The notes beneath the pieces are model-generated. The model had not been told where the DNA came from. It saw nothing but the letters and a program-made list of their open reading frames with translations, and did not search any database. A DNA stretch of 64,000 bases from Auanema rhodensis (Eukaryota; Animalia; Nematoda), in assembly GCA_964057225.1 (NCBI GenBank), contig OZ059896.1, positions 16,120,001 through 16,184,000 on the forward strand, written 5' to 3'. Position numbers and translations under genes: made by a program. Positions within the stretch are counted from its first letter, which is position 1, and every line of letters begins with the position of its first letter. Of the stretch, positions 12,301 to 23,247 are shown one piece after another.

Positions 12301-15300
12301 ATAATATCCTCATTATCAGCATTAAAAGCTACACTTGTACAATTTGTTTCCTAAAAAAATATTTTAAATTCTTTTAAAGTTTAAATATCATTTAACCTGT
12401 AATACACTTTCCCAAGTTGATGTATTGTAAACAGTACAAACACCTGTTTCATCAACGACAGCAAGCAAATGCCTGAAAAAGCTCATCTTGACTCAAACAT
12501 CTTGTGTCTAAACAGGTCATACCTGCTTAAACTTGTATCCAAGCATTTGATGGCATGTTGAAGTCGTAACAAAGTTACAGGAAATGGATTGTCCACAAAT
12601 ATTTTACAAACCTTAAATTAAATTCAAGTTTAAATGAAAACTTGAAACTCTAGCGTACTTGACCCTCTCTGAGACCAACTAATAGAGTTTCTCTACCTGG
12701 TGGACCTCCTATAACCCGTATATATCTGAAGTGACATATATTCTATGTATGTATATGATTTTTTGAAAATTCACTTGATCAATGATTCCATAATCCATTC
12801 TCTTTGCTTCAACCCTTTATGATCATAACATTGAAGTCGTTGTTCCGAGCATAAGATGATATGCTTACTGCTGCAAACCTGAAAAAAATTCAAAAACATA
12901 TTTTATTTTGTTTTGTTTTGTTTTTGTAAAATTGTTTTTTGTAAAAATATAACAAGATATGAAAGATCAAATAAGCGGATATGAAATATAAAATTCTTTT
13001 TTAATAAAAAACTGACCAGAAGAGAGCATTCTAAGGTTTTATTAATTCGTTCAGTTAGTTTAAATTCTAGAGGCTCATCTTCTTGCATTCCAGATATTTG
13101 AGTATAAATATTCAAATGATCTGATAATTGTACCTAAATCAAAATAAAATTATTATAAAACAATTATTGCTTACAGCAAGTTTATCTCCATAAATTGCTA
13201 CTTTTCGTACTCCATCGTTACATTTAATTCGAGCAACTGATTGATAAGTTAGATGCTGCACTATAACTTCTGTCATGTTATCTCTAGAAAAGGTATAGTT
13301 TAACTAATACTTCAATGTTATATATATGTAAATGAAACTTACCGAAATACATATCGATCTTTATAGAGACCATGAACAGCACTAAAGTATAAATGATAGC
13401 AAGCTAATGTGCCATCAACACAACCAACCTTAAATGAGCATTATTCTTGAAATATATGCATATTATTTAAAAAACTTACAACAACATAATTTGATTCAGG
13501 TTTTGTAACAATTGCCCAAATCATTGTGTCCATTAAACAGATCTTTCCCAAATTCAAACCTAAAATAGTTTATTGAGTAATTAAGAATAAATAATAAAAA
13601 ATAATATTAACTAACCAAATCTGGTATACAAATGAGCTTCTTTACCTGATCCAGCCATTATAAGGAAACTATCATTGTTCAAATATTCCATGCATGAAGG
13701 TTCATAATTCAATGACTTAATTCAAATAAATAATTTCATTTATTTTAATAATTTATATTTATTTATACCTTATCATTAGCTATAACTTTATTTCCATTTA
13801 AATCATAAAATGATAATGTTTTTGACCAATCTGATACAGCTAATATTTCGGTGGCATTCCTTCAAAAAAATTATTTTGTTTTCACAATTATTTATAATTT
13901 AAAAAAGTTGCTTACTCATCTGCTTTTGGTCCATCATCTGTAATCATTGGAAATGAAAACTTCAATGCCCACACTGGATCACCACCAGGTCTCTCTATTA
14001 TGGCAGCAGGATCATCATTCTATAAATATAATTACAATAACTATTAAAATATATTATACTAGTTTTAGATTTATAATTCTGATTTTTATAAATTTAAAAC
14101 TTATCTGATTTTCTAAAAAAAAATAGAAAATGTTATTCATTCAACCGCACCGTGCTTGTCAAATACAGTCATATGTTTTTTTGACGTGAAAATTCACGTG
14201 AGGTTTTTAATTTATTGACAAGAATTTATTTTTTTTCAAAAAATTTTTAAAACAAAAGAATGAAATTAAAAACTTGCAAAAGCTGATGTTTTACGAAGTT
14301 GTACTGTCCCATCAAACAAGCCTAACGCAAATATAGTTCCGTCCTGAAATTATAGTTTTTAAAGGGAAAAGGAATATTGAAAATAGATTTCAAACCTTAT
14401 TCCAAGCACAGCTACAACATCTTGCATTTAGTCTTTGTTTTTGAACATTTTTCTCGTTTGCTGACCAAAGGGCTGAAATAAAATGATGATAATGCTTCAA
14501 AATTCTTGATGGAACTCACCGAAATCGTACATTCCACAACTCAGTAGAATTTGAGAAACAGGTGAAAACGCTAAACATTGAACAGCTTCAGCATGACTAT
14601 AAATTAGGTTAGCTATATGATCTCACATCAAATTTTTTAAAAAGTAGTGGCAACTATAACTTACTTGTATTTCAATGTTCCTTCATGCTTATTTGTCCAG
14701 ATAATAACTGTACGATCTGCACTTCCTGATGCAAAAGCTTCACCATCAGCTGACCAGGCCACAGCAAATACAGCTTCTTTATGTCCTAAAACATACACAA
14801 TTGTTTTGCTTTCTTGAGAAAAAGAAATACCTTTCAAGCATTGCATCAATGTTCCATCTGTGGAATCATATACCAGAATCTTGGTATCAGCAGCAACAAG
14901 AAGTTCATATCCATCTGGTTGAAAAGCTAGAGCGTAGATGCATGCTCTTAAAGAATATGATGATGTAATCATTTTTCTCATTCATTTTATCAACTATTTT
15001 ATAAAATTATTATTAGATACACAATATGAATTAATGAAATTGACGCAATAAATCTGCCATTATGGCTAATATATGGATGGATATGGCTGTTCAGCTTGTC
15101 CAGTTCATCTTTCCCTTATACCAATTCCTTTTCAAGAAAAAAAGCTTGTAGCACTGACATCATAATCTATTTTCAGTCTCATCAAACCGAAGCAGCTTTC
15201 TTTAACTTTTTTTTGCTGCTGGTCTCAGCCGGTTTTTTTTCCAAACAAACAATATTATATTATTTTCATTTTCTAAAATAATTGGAAGCACGTATGAAGA

Positions 15301-17639
15301 TGGAATGTAGAGGGAGAAGGCGGAGGAGAAGTATAATCTTATGTGTTAATTGCATATGTATCTTCTATCTTTCTACTGCAATTTCGAATGTTATGATGAT
15401 ATATTGAATAGAAATAGTGTACAATGAATTATATTACATATAGTTAGAATATAATTTAATCAGTTCATTGCTATGTATATGTGACGTGTGGGGAAAACGT
15501 TGAATTCAATGCCACATGGGTCCCAGCATATCTTCAGCTTTTTTCAAATCGTTGTTAAGCCTGAATCTTGTATTCATCATCTAAGACGAGTTACATCAGC
15601 CATTATTCGAGAATAGAAAAACCGTTGAATACGGTGTATGGGGTGGATATGATAATTGAATTAGATCAGAGCCCATTGTTTGTATAACAGCTATATAAGC
15701 TCAAATGAGAAACAAATATTCGTTATTCATCCAAACGAGATGACAGCAATGCTGGTTCAGCTAGCGCTATTTGTAGCTGTTGCTACTGTAGCTCAGGTTA
15801 GTTTTATTATCAAAGAAGTTATTCTTATATTTCAAGTTGTAGGTGTCAGCCCAATGTTGCACCTCCGGTCAATCATCCGATTTCTGTACTGTATTCCAAA
15901 TGCTATCTACTATGGAACAAGCTGAAGTCATGAGCATCCTGGGTATCTTATCTCACTCACACCTCATTTAACTCACTAATGGATTTTCAGGAGAAAATTG
16001 TGAAGGAGATACTGAAGCAGCTCTGAAAACTTTGGAAAAGAGAAAGCCAAACTTTATGAGATACGGACGATCATGTAAGTTATAATTTCAAATTTTCATA
16101 AAATGAAAATATTTTATTCCCAAAATATTATCAATAATCATTCATTTTGCAGCAAATGGAATTCAATTCGGAAAGAAAGGATCTGATCCTAACTTCCTCC
16201 GTTTCGGCCGTTCCCAACCAAACTTCTTGCGATTCGGCAAAGCAGCTGTTGGAGATCCAAACTTTTTACGTTTCGGTAAGAAATATGAATATATATTAGA
16301 GAAATTATAAATAATTGGTAAGAGAGCACAGAGTTAGGGGTTTCAATTAGAAACAAGCTATGTTCATTCCAATCTAAGAAAAGAATTTTTGCATGTTATT
16401 TCACTATATGTAGACGCTTAGTTTCCAGCTAAGGTATGCGGCTCTCTGAATTTAACCGAGTTTGCTGCTCGCCAATGTGCTGCTGTTCTTCTTCCAAATA
16501 AAATTAGTGAGACTTTATCTCTTCTAGTTCTATCTTTTTCATGTATCTTTTTTCTTTCAAAATTCTCTCAATCATAAATTTGTCGGTGTAACGTGTAAGA
16601 GACTAAAAGTCTTGCAATTCTCACCTATAGCCCTAATCATTCCCTAATTTCAGGCCGAAGTGATCCCAACTTCCTCAGATTTGGAAAAGCTGCTGCTGAT
16701 CCAAACTTTTTGAGATTTGGAAAACGATCAGCCGATCCTAACTTCCTTCGTTTCGGACGTGCCGTAGCCGAAGGATTTGATCGTGAGCTCCGAAAGCCAA
16801 ACTTTCTCCGTTTCGGAAAGTAAATTCAGCAAAAGATATCAAAGTTCACCCATTGAACTACGATGTTTCTATTTAATATTTTCTCACATTTAATGAATTC
16901 GATATTCAAAAACTATATCGTTTTCTCATAAAAACAAATTATTAAGTTAAACTTGCAGTTGCTCATTGTAGAGCTAGCATGTTTTTCTACTTAAACTTCC
17001 TGAAAGCCTCATCGTATCAGCATTATTCGTTCTCAGCATCAACTTCTCTTCATCTCAATTACAATACATGATTTTTTGAATATTTTCATCCAAAATGTGA
17101 TAAGATCAATGTCTAATATCAGACATTCACAAACAAACAGACACATTGAGATATATACATCTATAACAGACACACACACAAACGACAATTTATTTCATAA
17201 GGGCCAAATCAATATTTAACATCAATCATTGATTATTTTCTATCATGATCTCAATATTTTATTCTTAATTTTCTGTTAATGTTTTATAAAAACTTAATGA
17301 AAACATTTCTTTCTAACGAAGTATTATTATTATTATTATTATTATTATCTATCTGCCACATAAAAAAACAGGGCTGTCAACATTGCCAGAAATATGAACA
17401 TTTTTCTTCTTCCACCTCCTCACCCAAATCTTGGAGTAAAATCAAATGTTTATCGATTTTTATTTTGTGTTTTTATCAATCAAAAGTAAATGAAAATAAA
17501 CAGTTGTGTTAATAATTATTTGTGTTATGTTGTTTCAAACTTGCTCTGTTAAAATATTTTGGAAAGAACATTGAACTTACCCTCTGTCAGAATGTTCTTC
17601 AGAAGTAATCTTATCAATCCAATTCAATACAGGTCTCAT
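9397..17639 (-). CDS. daf-10: IFT122 intraflagellar transport complex A WD40/TPR protein
   Basis: Exon 1 (17581-17639, [10 protein letters not shown]...) splices in phase to 14946 ([12 protein letters not shown]...[30 protein letters not shown]). The C-terminus has the CPFCR zinc ribbon; stop TAG at 9397-9399. Confidence 0.95.
15740..16823 (+). CDS. flp-1: FMRFamide-like neuropeptide precursor FLP-1, nested in daf-10 intron 1
   Basis: Signal peptide, then [30 protein letters not shown] and seven PNFLRFG peptides flanked by K/R. Confidence 0.98.
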
Positions 17640-17952
17640 GTTTACCGGATTTAAGTTGCAAATAGGAATATTAACATAATGAAATCTACAAATTATATAA
17701 ATTATTTGAATGAAAAATAAATAATTTTCACAATAAAGGAGAAAAAAATTGAATTAGGATATACAGAATAGTAAGTCTCATCTGTTAGAGCTAATTAATA
17801 AATATATTTCTCTAATTTCTTCTAATAATTTGCGAAATAGTGAAAATAAATTTATTAAAATATAGTTATAATGTGGAAAGACAGATATTTCCACTAGAAA
17901 TAGCAAAAAAAAAAAGAATGGACAAACTAAAAGGTGAACCTAGCTTTATGTG

Positions 17953-17966
17953 GTTGCTATGGTAAC
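17953..17966. promoter_or_regulatory. X-box (RFX/DAF-19 site) GTTGCTATGGTAAC
   Basis: 14-bp match to the ciliary X-box consensus, ~314 bp upstream of the daf-10 ATG. Confidence 0.85.
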
Positions 17967-18411
17967 CATATGGAATGGTTTCCACGATACAGCTGAACTA
18001 GCTTGGTTTATTAAATTCATCCATTTCATACATCTTAATAATTTTTTATATATTTTTAATATAAAGAAATTATTCAAAAAAAAATTATTTAATCTTAATA
18101 TTTTATTTTCAAGCACTTGGCATTTATTTGAGAAAATACACTTAGGACTGAATGGGTTCAAGTTTTAAGTTCTAACTGCAATATTTTCGATCAAACGATT
18201 TTTTTAATTTTGATATTTTTTTAATTCAATCTTTTTGTTATATGTATGATTGAATTATTTTCAAAAAAGTTGCAATAAATTTACTAAAATCATCAAAGAA
18301 ATTCCCAAATAAGTAAAAAAACAAGAAATGTATGAAAAATGTTTTATTGTTACTTAAAAATTATAGATTATAGAAGCAAAGTTTTTCTATTAGCTCATAT
18401 GCGGAAGAACT

Positions 18412-19323
18412 TTAGATCTTCTTTGGGGCGCAGCAAACGCATTGGAGGGCCTTCTGCTCAGTCTTGTCATTTTCGTCTTCCTTGTTCTCCTGAAATTTCG
18501 ACTTTGTTTGTTTTGTTTTAACTGTGAAGGAGATATACCTTGTGCTCCTTGCGGTCCCAGTCCATGTCAGGGTCGAAGACGAAGAGAGCTCCAGTGATTT
18601 CGCTCTGAAATATCAGATTTGCATCTGAATTTGAATATAAAAGCATAGGAACATACAACGTTGGTGTTGAATCCACGGCTGGAGATCTTGCAGCAGGTGT
18701 CGCAGGCTTCTTGAGAGAAAATAGCGGTGTGACGGCATCCTTGACGGTCGAATCTACGTGGGCGAACGTAAGATGGGATTGGTCCATAGGTGGCATATCC
18801 TCCAGATGGAGCAGCGGCTACTTGAGTTGGGTATCCGTAGCTACGCTTGGCTGTAACATCGTTATTAGAGAGAAAATATTAAGTAAAGCACATACAGCGG
18901 TGGTGACGGTGCTTACGCTCGATATCAGCAAGTGGGAAGGTAGCGTGAACGGTGCAGTAGTTGACTAAAGAAGTTGGATTAGAAGGAAAAGTTGTAATAG
19001 GTGATGGTACCATCGTAGTTTGGAAGAGCGAATGGGGCTGGAACTGGTACTGGTTGGTAGATGTTGTAAGATCCATAGCTGAATATTAGGATATAAAAAT
19101 TAATTATAGAAATGACGCAAATACTTGTAGTTATTTGATGGAGCAGCAGCAGCTACATTGGCTCCATAGAAACCTCCTCCTTCCTTGACAGCGGCCTTCT
19201 CGTTGGTCTAAAGAAGAAAGGTATATGATTTTCTCAATAGGGAGAAATGAAGCTTACTTTGGTTTCAGCGGCATTAGCAGCTACAAAGCAGAAGAGAAGA
19301 GAAAAAGCTACGGTGCGATACAT
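18412..19323 (-). CDS. Secreted Tyr/Gly/Ala/Pro-rich, 8-Cys cuticle/extracellular-matrix-type protein (paralog A)
   Basis: Signal peptide MYRTVAFSLLFCFVAANA, low-complexity YG/AAAP segments, EACDTCCK and terminal CVCCAPKKI*. TATA box upstream. Confidence 0.8.
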
Positions 19324-19362
19324 CTTGAAAGATGACTCTGATTATTCGAGGATTTCAATCTG

Positions 19363-19381
19363 CTTTTATACTCTTCTGATG
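19363..19381 (-). promoter_or_regulatory. Core promoter motif CATCAGAAGAGTATAAAAG (TATA box) of paralog A
   Basis: Exact reverse complement of 20894-20912. Confidence 0.8.
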
Positions 19382-20893
19382 CGGAGGCGGCGACGATGTG
19401 ACATCAATCACCGGAACCATATCATACAATGCAATTTCTATAATTTTCTAAATTAGAAAATTTAAAACTATATAGAATATATTAAAGTTTATTTGAATAT
19501 AATAAGACATTATTTTAACTTATACTTTACTATATAAGGTAATCAAGAGATATTTTTGTTAAAGTTTTAAAAAATTGCCTTACCAAATCATCTTTTGTGA
19601 AAACATCCTCTGATCCCAAAACTACAATTAAGCTTCGACATGCTATACCATATAAGAGTAATCGTTATGTATTCTGGTTCAGTTATCCAATACAAAAGAT
19701 GTCAATTTTAATTTTTAATATAGGTATAGGTTATTTACTTCTATTTTCATTATTCTTCAACATAAATTTTCTAATAAGGTTGAAATTCTTTTTATGTTTG
19801 TAAGTCGTGTAAGTAAGACTCTATTTTTGAGTTTTTGCACTTCGAGCCTGTAATATCATCTTGAATAATCTCTTTCATTTGAAAATTTCCGTAATTATGT
19901 GTTTTTGGATATTAACTTATAGGGAATTCTATTTGAAATTATACTACAAAGTTATTTTTTTATTTCGAAATATACAATATTACACTGTTTTTCTTATAAT
20001 CTTAGCTAAATGAGATTTATCGTGGAGGCGTCCGAATCTCAAAACATAGTCTATCTATCAGCTGTCATCGGACTTCTGAGCGTGGGTTAATGGTATATCC
20101 ATTAAAAAATATTTTCTTTTGAATACCATCCGGAGATTTTTCATTTTGATAACAAGTTGGCAAAATATCTCACAATCTGCAAGAATTATAAACATGTCAA
20201 ATAAAATTAAATTTTATGAATAAATATAATATTTTACTTATTATTTTACTATATATACAATCAAAATAAATACTGTTAAAAGGTTATTAAAGAGGAAAAG
20301 ATAGAAAATCTAAACGAAATCGAAAATTATAATGAGTTTGACGTATAATGCTGTACCATTTCAATCCAAGTTTAGTTAATATCGGAAAAAATAAAAATGA
20401 TGTTGTTTCAATTACTTGAGTACAGATGAAACTACCATTTTGGTAAATAGTTTAAAACAAATACGAAATTGTTGTGAAATCTCAAAAAAAAAAGATTTTT
20501 TACTTCCAAATAAAGAAAACGAACAGCTGTTATGAATTGAAAAGAATGACTATGAGATGCGTCAACCGCTACAAAAGGCTTGAAAATACAATTGTATTTG
20601 TATTATATCAACAATTGTCAGATAAATACTTACTTTTCTTAGTTTAGTTCTTGAAAATTATTTCCATTTTTCTTAATTTCCATTAATAGAAATGCTTTAT
20701 AACTTAGTTGTTGCAGAAACGCTTTAAGCTTTTTGACAATTATATTGTCTCTCTATTCATTTTGCAACCATGGCATGCATTGAAAAAGATATCTGCTCTG
20801 CAATCTCTTCATTTCTTATGAAATATCAGAGGTTCTGATTCCCGGAAGCATATCCATGATCTATTTCTCTTCACGGGATCCACCCTCTGCCGC

Positions 20894-20912
20894 CATCAGA
20901 AGAGTATAAAAG
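20894..20912 (+). promoter_or_regulatory. Core promoter motif CATCAGAAGAGTATAAAAG (TATA box) of paralog B
   Basis: Identical 19-mer ~34 bp before the ATG at 20946. Confidence 0.8.
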
Positions 20913-20945
20913 GACGTGGAAACAGATTCAGGACATCAGATCACC

Positions 20946-22370
20946 ATGAAGGTTTTCTACACTGCTCTTTTCTGCATTGCCGGAGCCCTTGCTGCCGATG
21001 AGGTATGTCTTCCATTTTTCCCTTCAACCAGCGTTTCTACTCATCTTCAAATCTTCTATTAATCTGCTATTCCTTAGCTCTAAAACGATCATAAAACTAA
21101 AATTCTATTTCATTTTATCTTCATTCTATTAATTTACTAACCTTCCATAGTTGCAGCTCAAGAAGACCGAAGCCGCTGGAGGTTACTATGATATCCCTGC
21201 TGCTGCTCCTTCTGCTTCTTACTACGGATATGGTGGATACGCTTCTTACCTCCCACTTCCCCATCTTGAGGACCGTGAGTTAACACAGCTGCTGATCAAT
21301 CAACTGATTTACTTCTTCAGGCAACGTCTGTGATCTTGATGCCTCTGTTCTCCTTGTCACCGATTCTAGACGCCATGGACACAACCGCGCTGTCAGAGTC
21401 AGGTAGAGTTCTCATTTCTTCATTGAAATTCTCAAAATTAATATTTCAGATGCGCCGAAATCGCCAGCTACGATGAGAATTCCTGCAATGTGTGCTGTCA
21501 ACACGCTGCTCGTCGCGATCCTGAACTCAAGAACGTGAGTAGTGCAAGCTTTAGCTGATCGAAACAGCTCCCACTTGGCCCAACCACGTTTAGGGTACTC
21601 CTTACACGTTGAGACTATCACCGTGCTCCAACGTGTGGTGGTAGCCTGAATGTTGTTTGGCACCATATACCCCTATCAGCTCTAAATTCTAAATTTCTTA
21701 AAATTTCATTATCCAAAAACTAATTCTTTAAATTATAGAGAGATATGATGGGATTCCTTGCTGTTGTCAACCAGACCAGACATCACAACCACGATTTAGA
21801 TGACGAAGAACCAGAAGCCACTCCAGCCGTGAGTTTCTGATTACATCGCTACCTACAATATCCTGGCTTATTATAGAGAATGAAGCGTGGTGTTAGATCC
21901 CACAACTGGAACAAGGATAAGGAAATCGAGGTTGATGTTACCTACGTTGATGTTGTACGGTTTCCACCAGTAATTTACCATACAATCTATTCTGCTTTAG
22001 GAATCCTTCAAGCCAGACTCATTCGCCAGCAACATCAAGTGCGTCTGCTGTGCTCCAAAGCGCAAACAACCACAGCCAATCTACTATCCAGTAAGACACT
22101 TCTAAATCTGCATATCGTTATTTATTAACTCAACTTCAGCAAGCTGCCCCAGTCTACGGAGCCCCAGCCGCCGCCGCCCCAGCTTACGGAGCCCCTGCCG
22201 CCGCCGCCCCAGCTTACGGAACCCCAGCCGCCGCTGCTCCAGTCTACTCTGCCCCAGCCGCCGCTGCTCCAGCCTACTCTGCCCCAGCTGCCGCTGCTCC
22301 AGCCTACTCTGCCCCAGCCGCCGCTGCCCCAGCTTACGGAGCTCCAGCCGCTGCCCCATCTGCTTATTAA
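20946..22370 (+). CDS. Secreted 8-Cys protein with C-terminal cuticlin-like AAAAPAY(G/S)AP repeats (paralog B)
   Basis: Signal peptide MKVFYTALFCIAGALA, NSCNVCCQ, CVCCAPKRK, then ~7 decapeptide repeats (30-bp tandem repeat at 22143-22367). Confidence 0.85.
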
Positions 22371-23247
22371 AGAAAAAATGCAATTTTTCGTAACTTTCTA
22401 CATTCATTCTTTATAGTATTTCTATAGAAAAATAAACTGCTTGTATCTAACACACAACTGCTTTCTATCTTATTTCAAAACATACCACAGTACAATTTGA
22501 CATTTTAAACATTTAAGAAGCACATAAGATCAAAGAGGTAAATCAGCGATAGCTTGATGACATTTCCAGAGGGTGGCTTTAAAACATTAATCTTGATCCG
22601 CCCTCTTCACAAAACATATAAGAATCGTTTTTCATCTGAAACTGTATTTCAATTCGTCCATTCCAACGGGTTGGCTTATTTGCTTACTTCTAAAATTTTT
22701 GTTCTTCATTTCGACTTTTCTACTTGATGTCTAGGGTACTCCTTTGAACGGTGGAAGATATAAGATCCAACGATCAGAGTATCCTGAACATCATTTAGAA
22801 TTTGTTTTTGGCAGTTCCATATAAAAGCCATGTTCTGGCCACTTTCAGGGTACTGAAACATCGCTGGATTGCAAGAACATCCAACGGTTTTTGGTAGCCT
22901 CAATGTTGCACGAACAATACCCTGCCCACCCCCCCCCCTATTTCTTTACTTTAAAAAAATTGGAATTGATGACAAAATATAAGGAGCAGATTGAATTTTC
23001 ATGTTGCTACTATACATGTAAAAAAGAAAATAAGGCACGAGTTTTATTAAGTGTTTAATTACGAGACCACAACGAGAATTACTTCAGGATCAACTGTTCA
23101 TATAGGTTTTTATAATTTTATAATCGATCCCTTTAACAATGTATACAGGCTAATGATAATAACAAATGGAGATATTTTACTACTGGATATCAAAACCGAA
23201 TAGAGAATAATGTGTACATGATAAACAATAAAACCTTCACATTGGTA

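Noticed and set aside
22102-22407. Antisense RLGQSRLEQ repeat ORF
   Set aside because: It is the shadow frame of the AAPAY repeat exon on the + strand.
22560-22910. Possible Tc1 relic (SDEKRF) on the - strand
   Set aside because: Only one short motif, overlapping a TTTCAG; no TIRs or other transposase motifs.
23031-23038. miR-124 8-mer site (GTGCCTTA) in the rbm-39 3' UTR
   Set aside because: It lies just downstream of an AATAAA, at the likely cleavage zone, and a single 8-mer can occur by chance.
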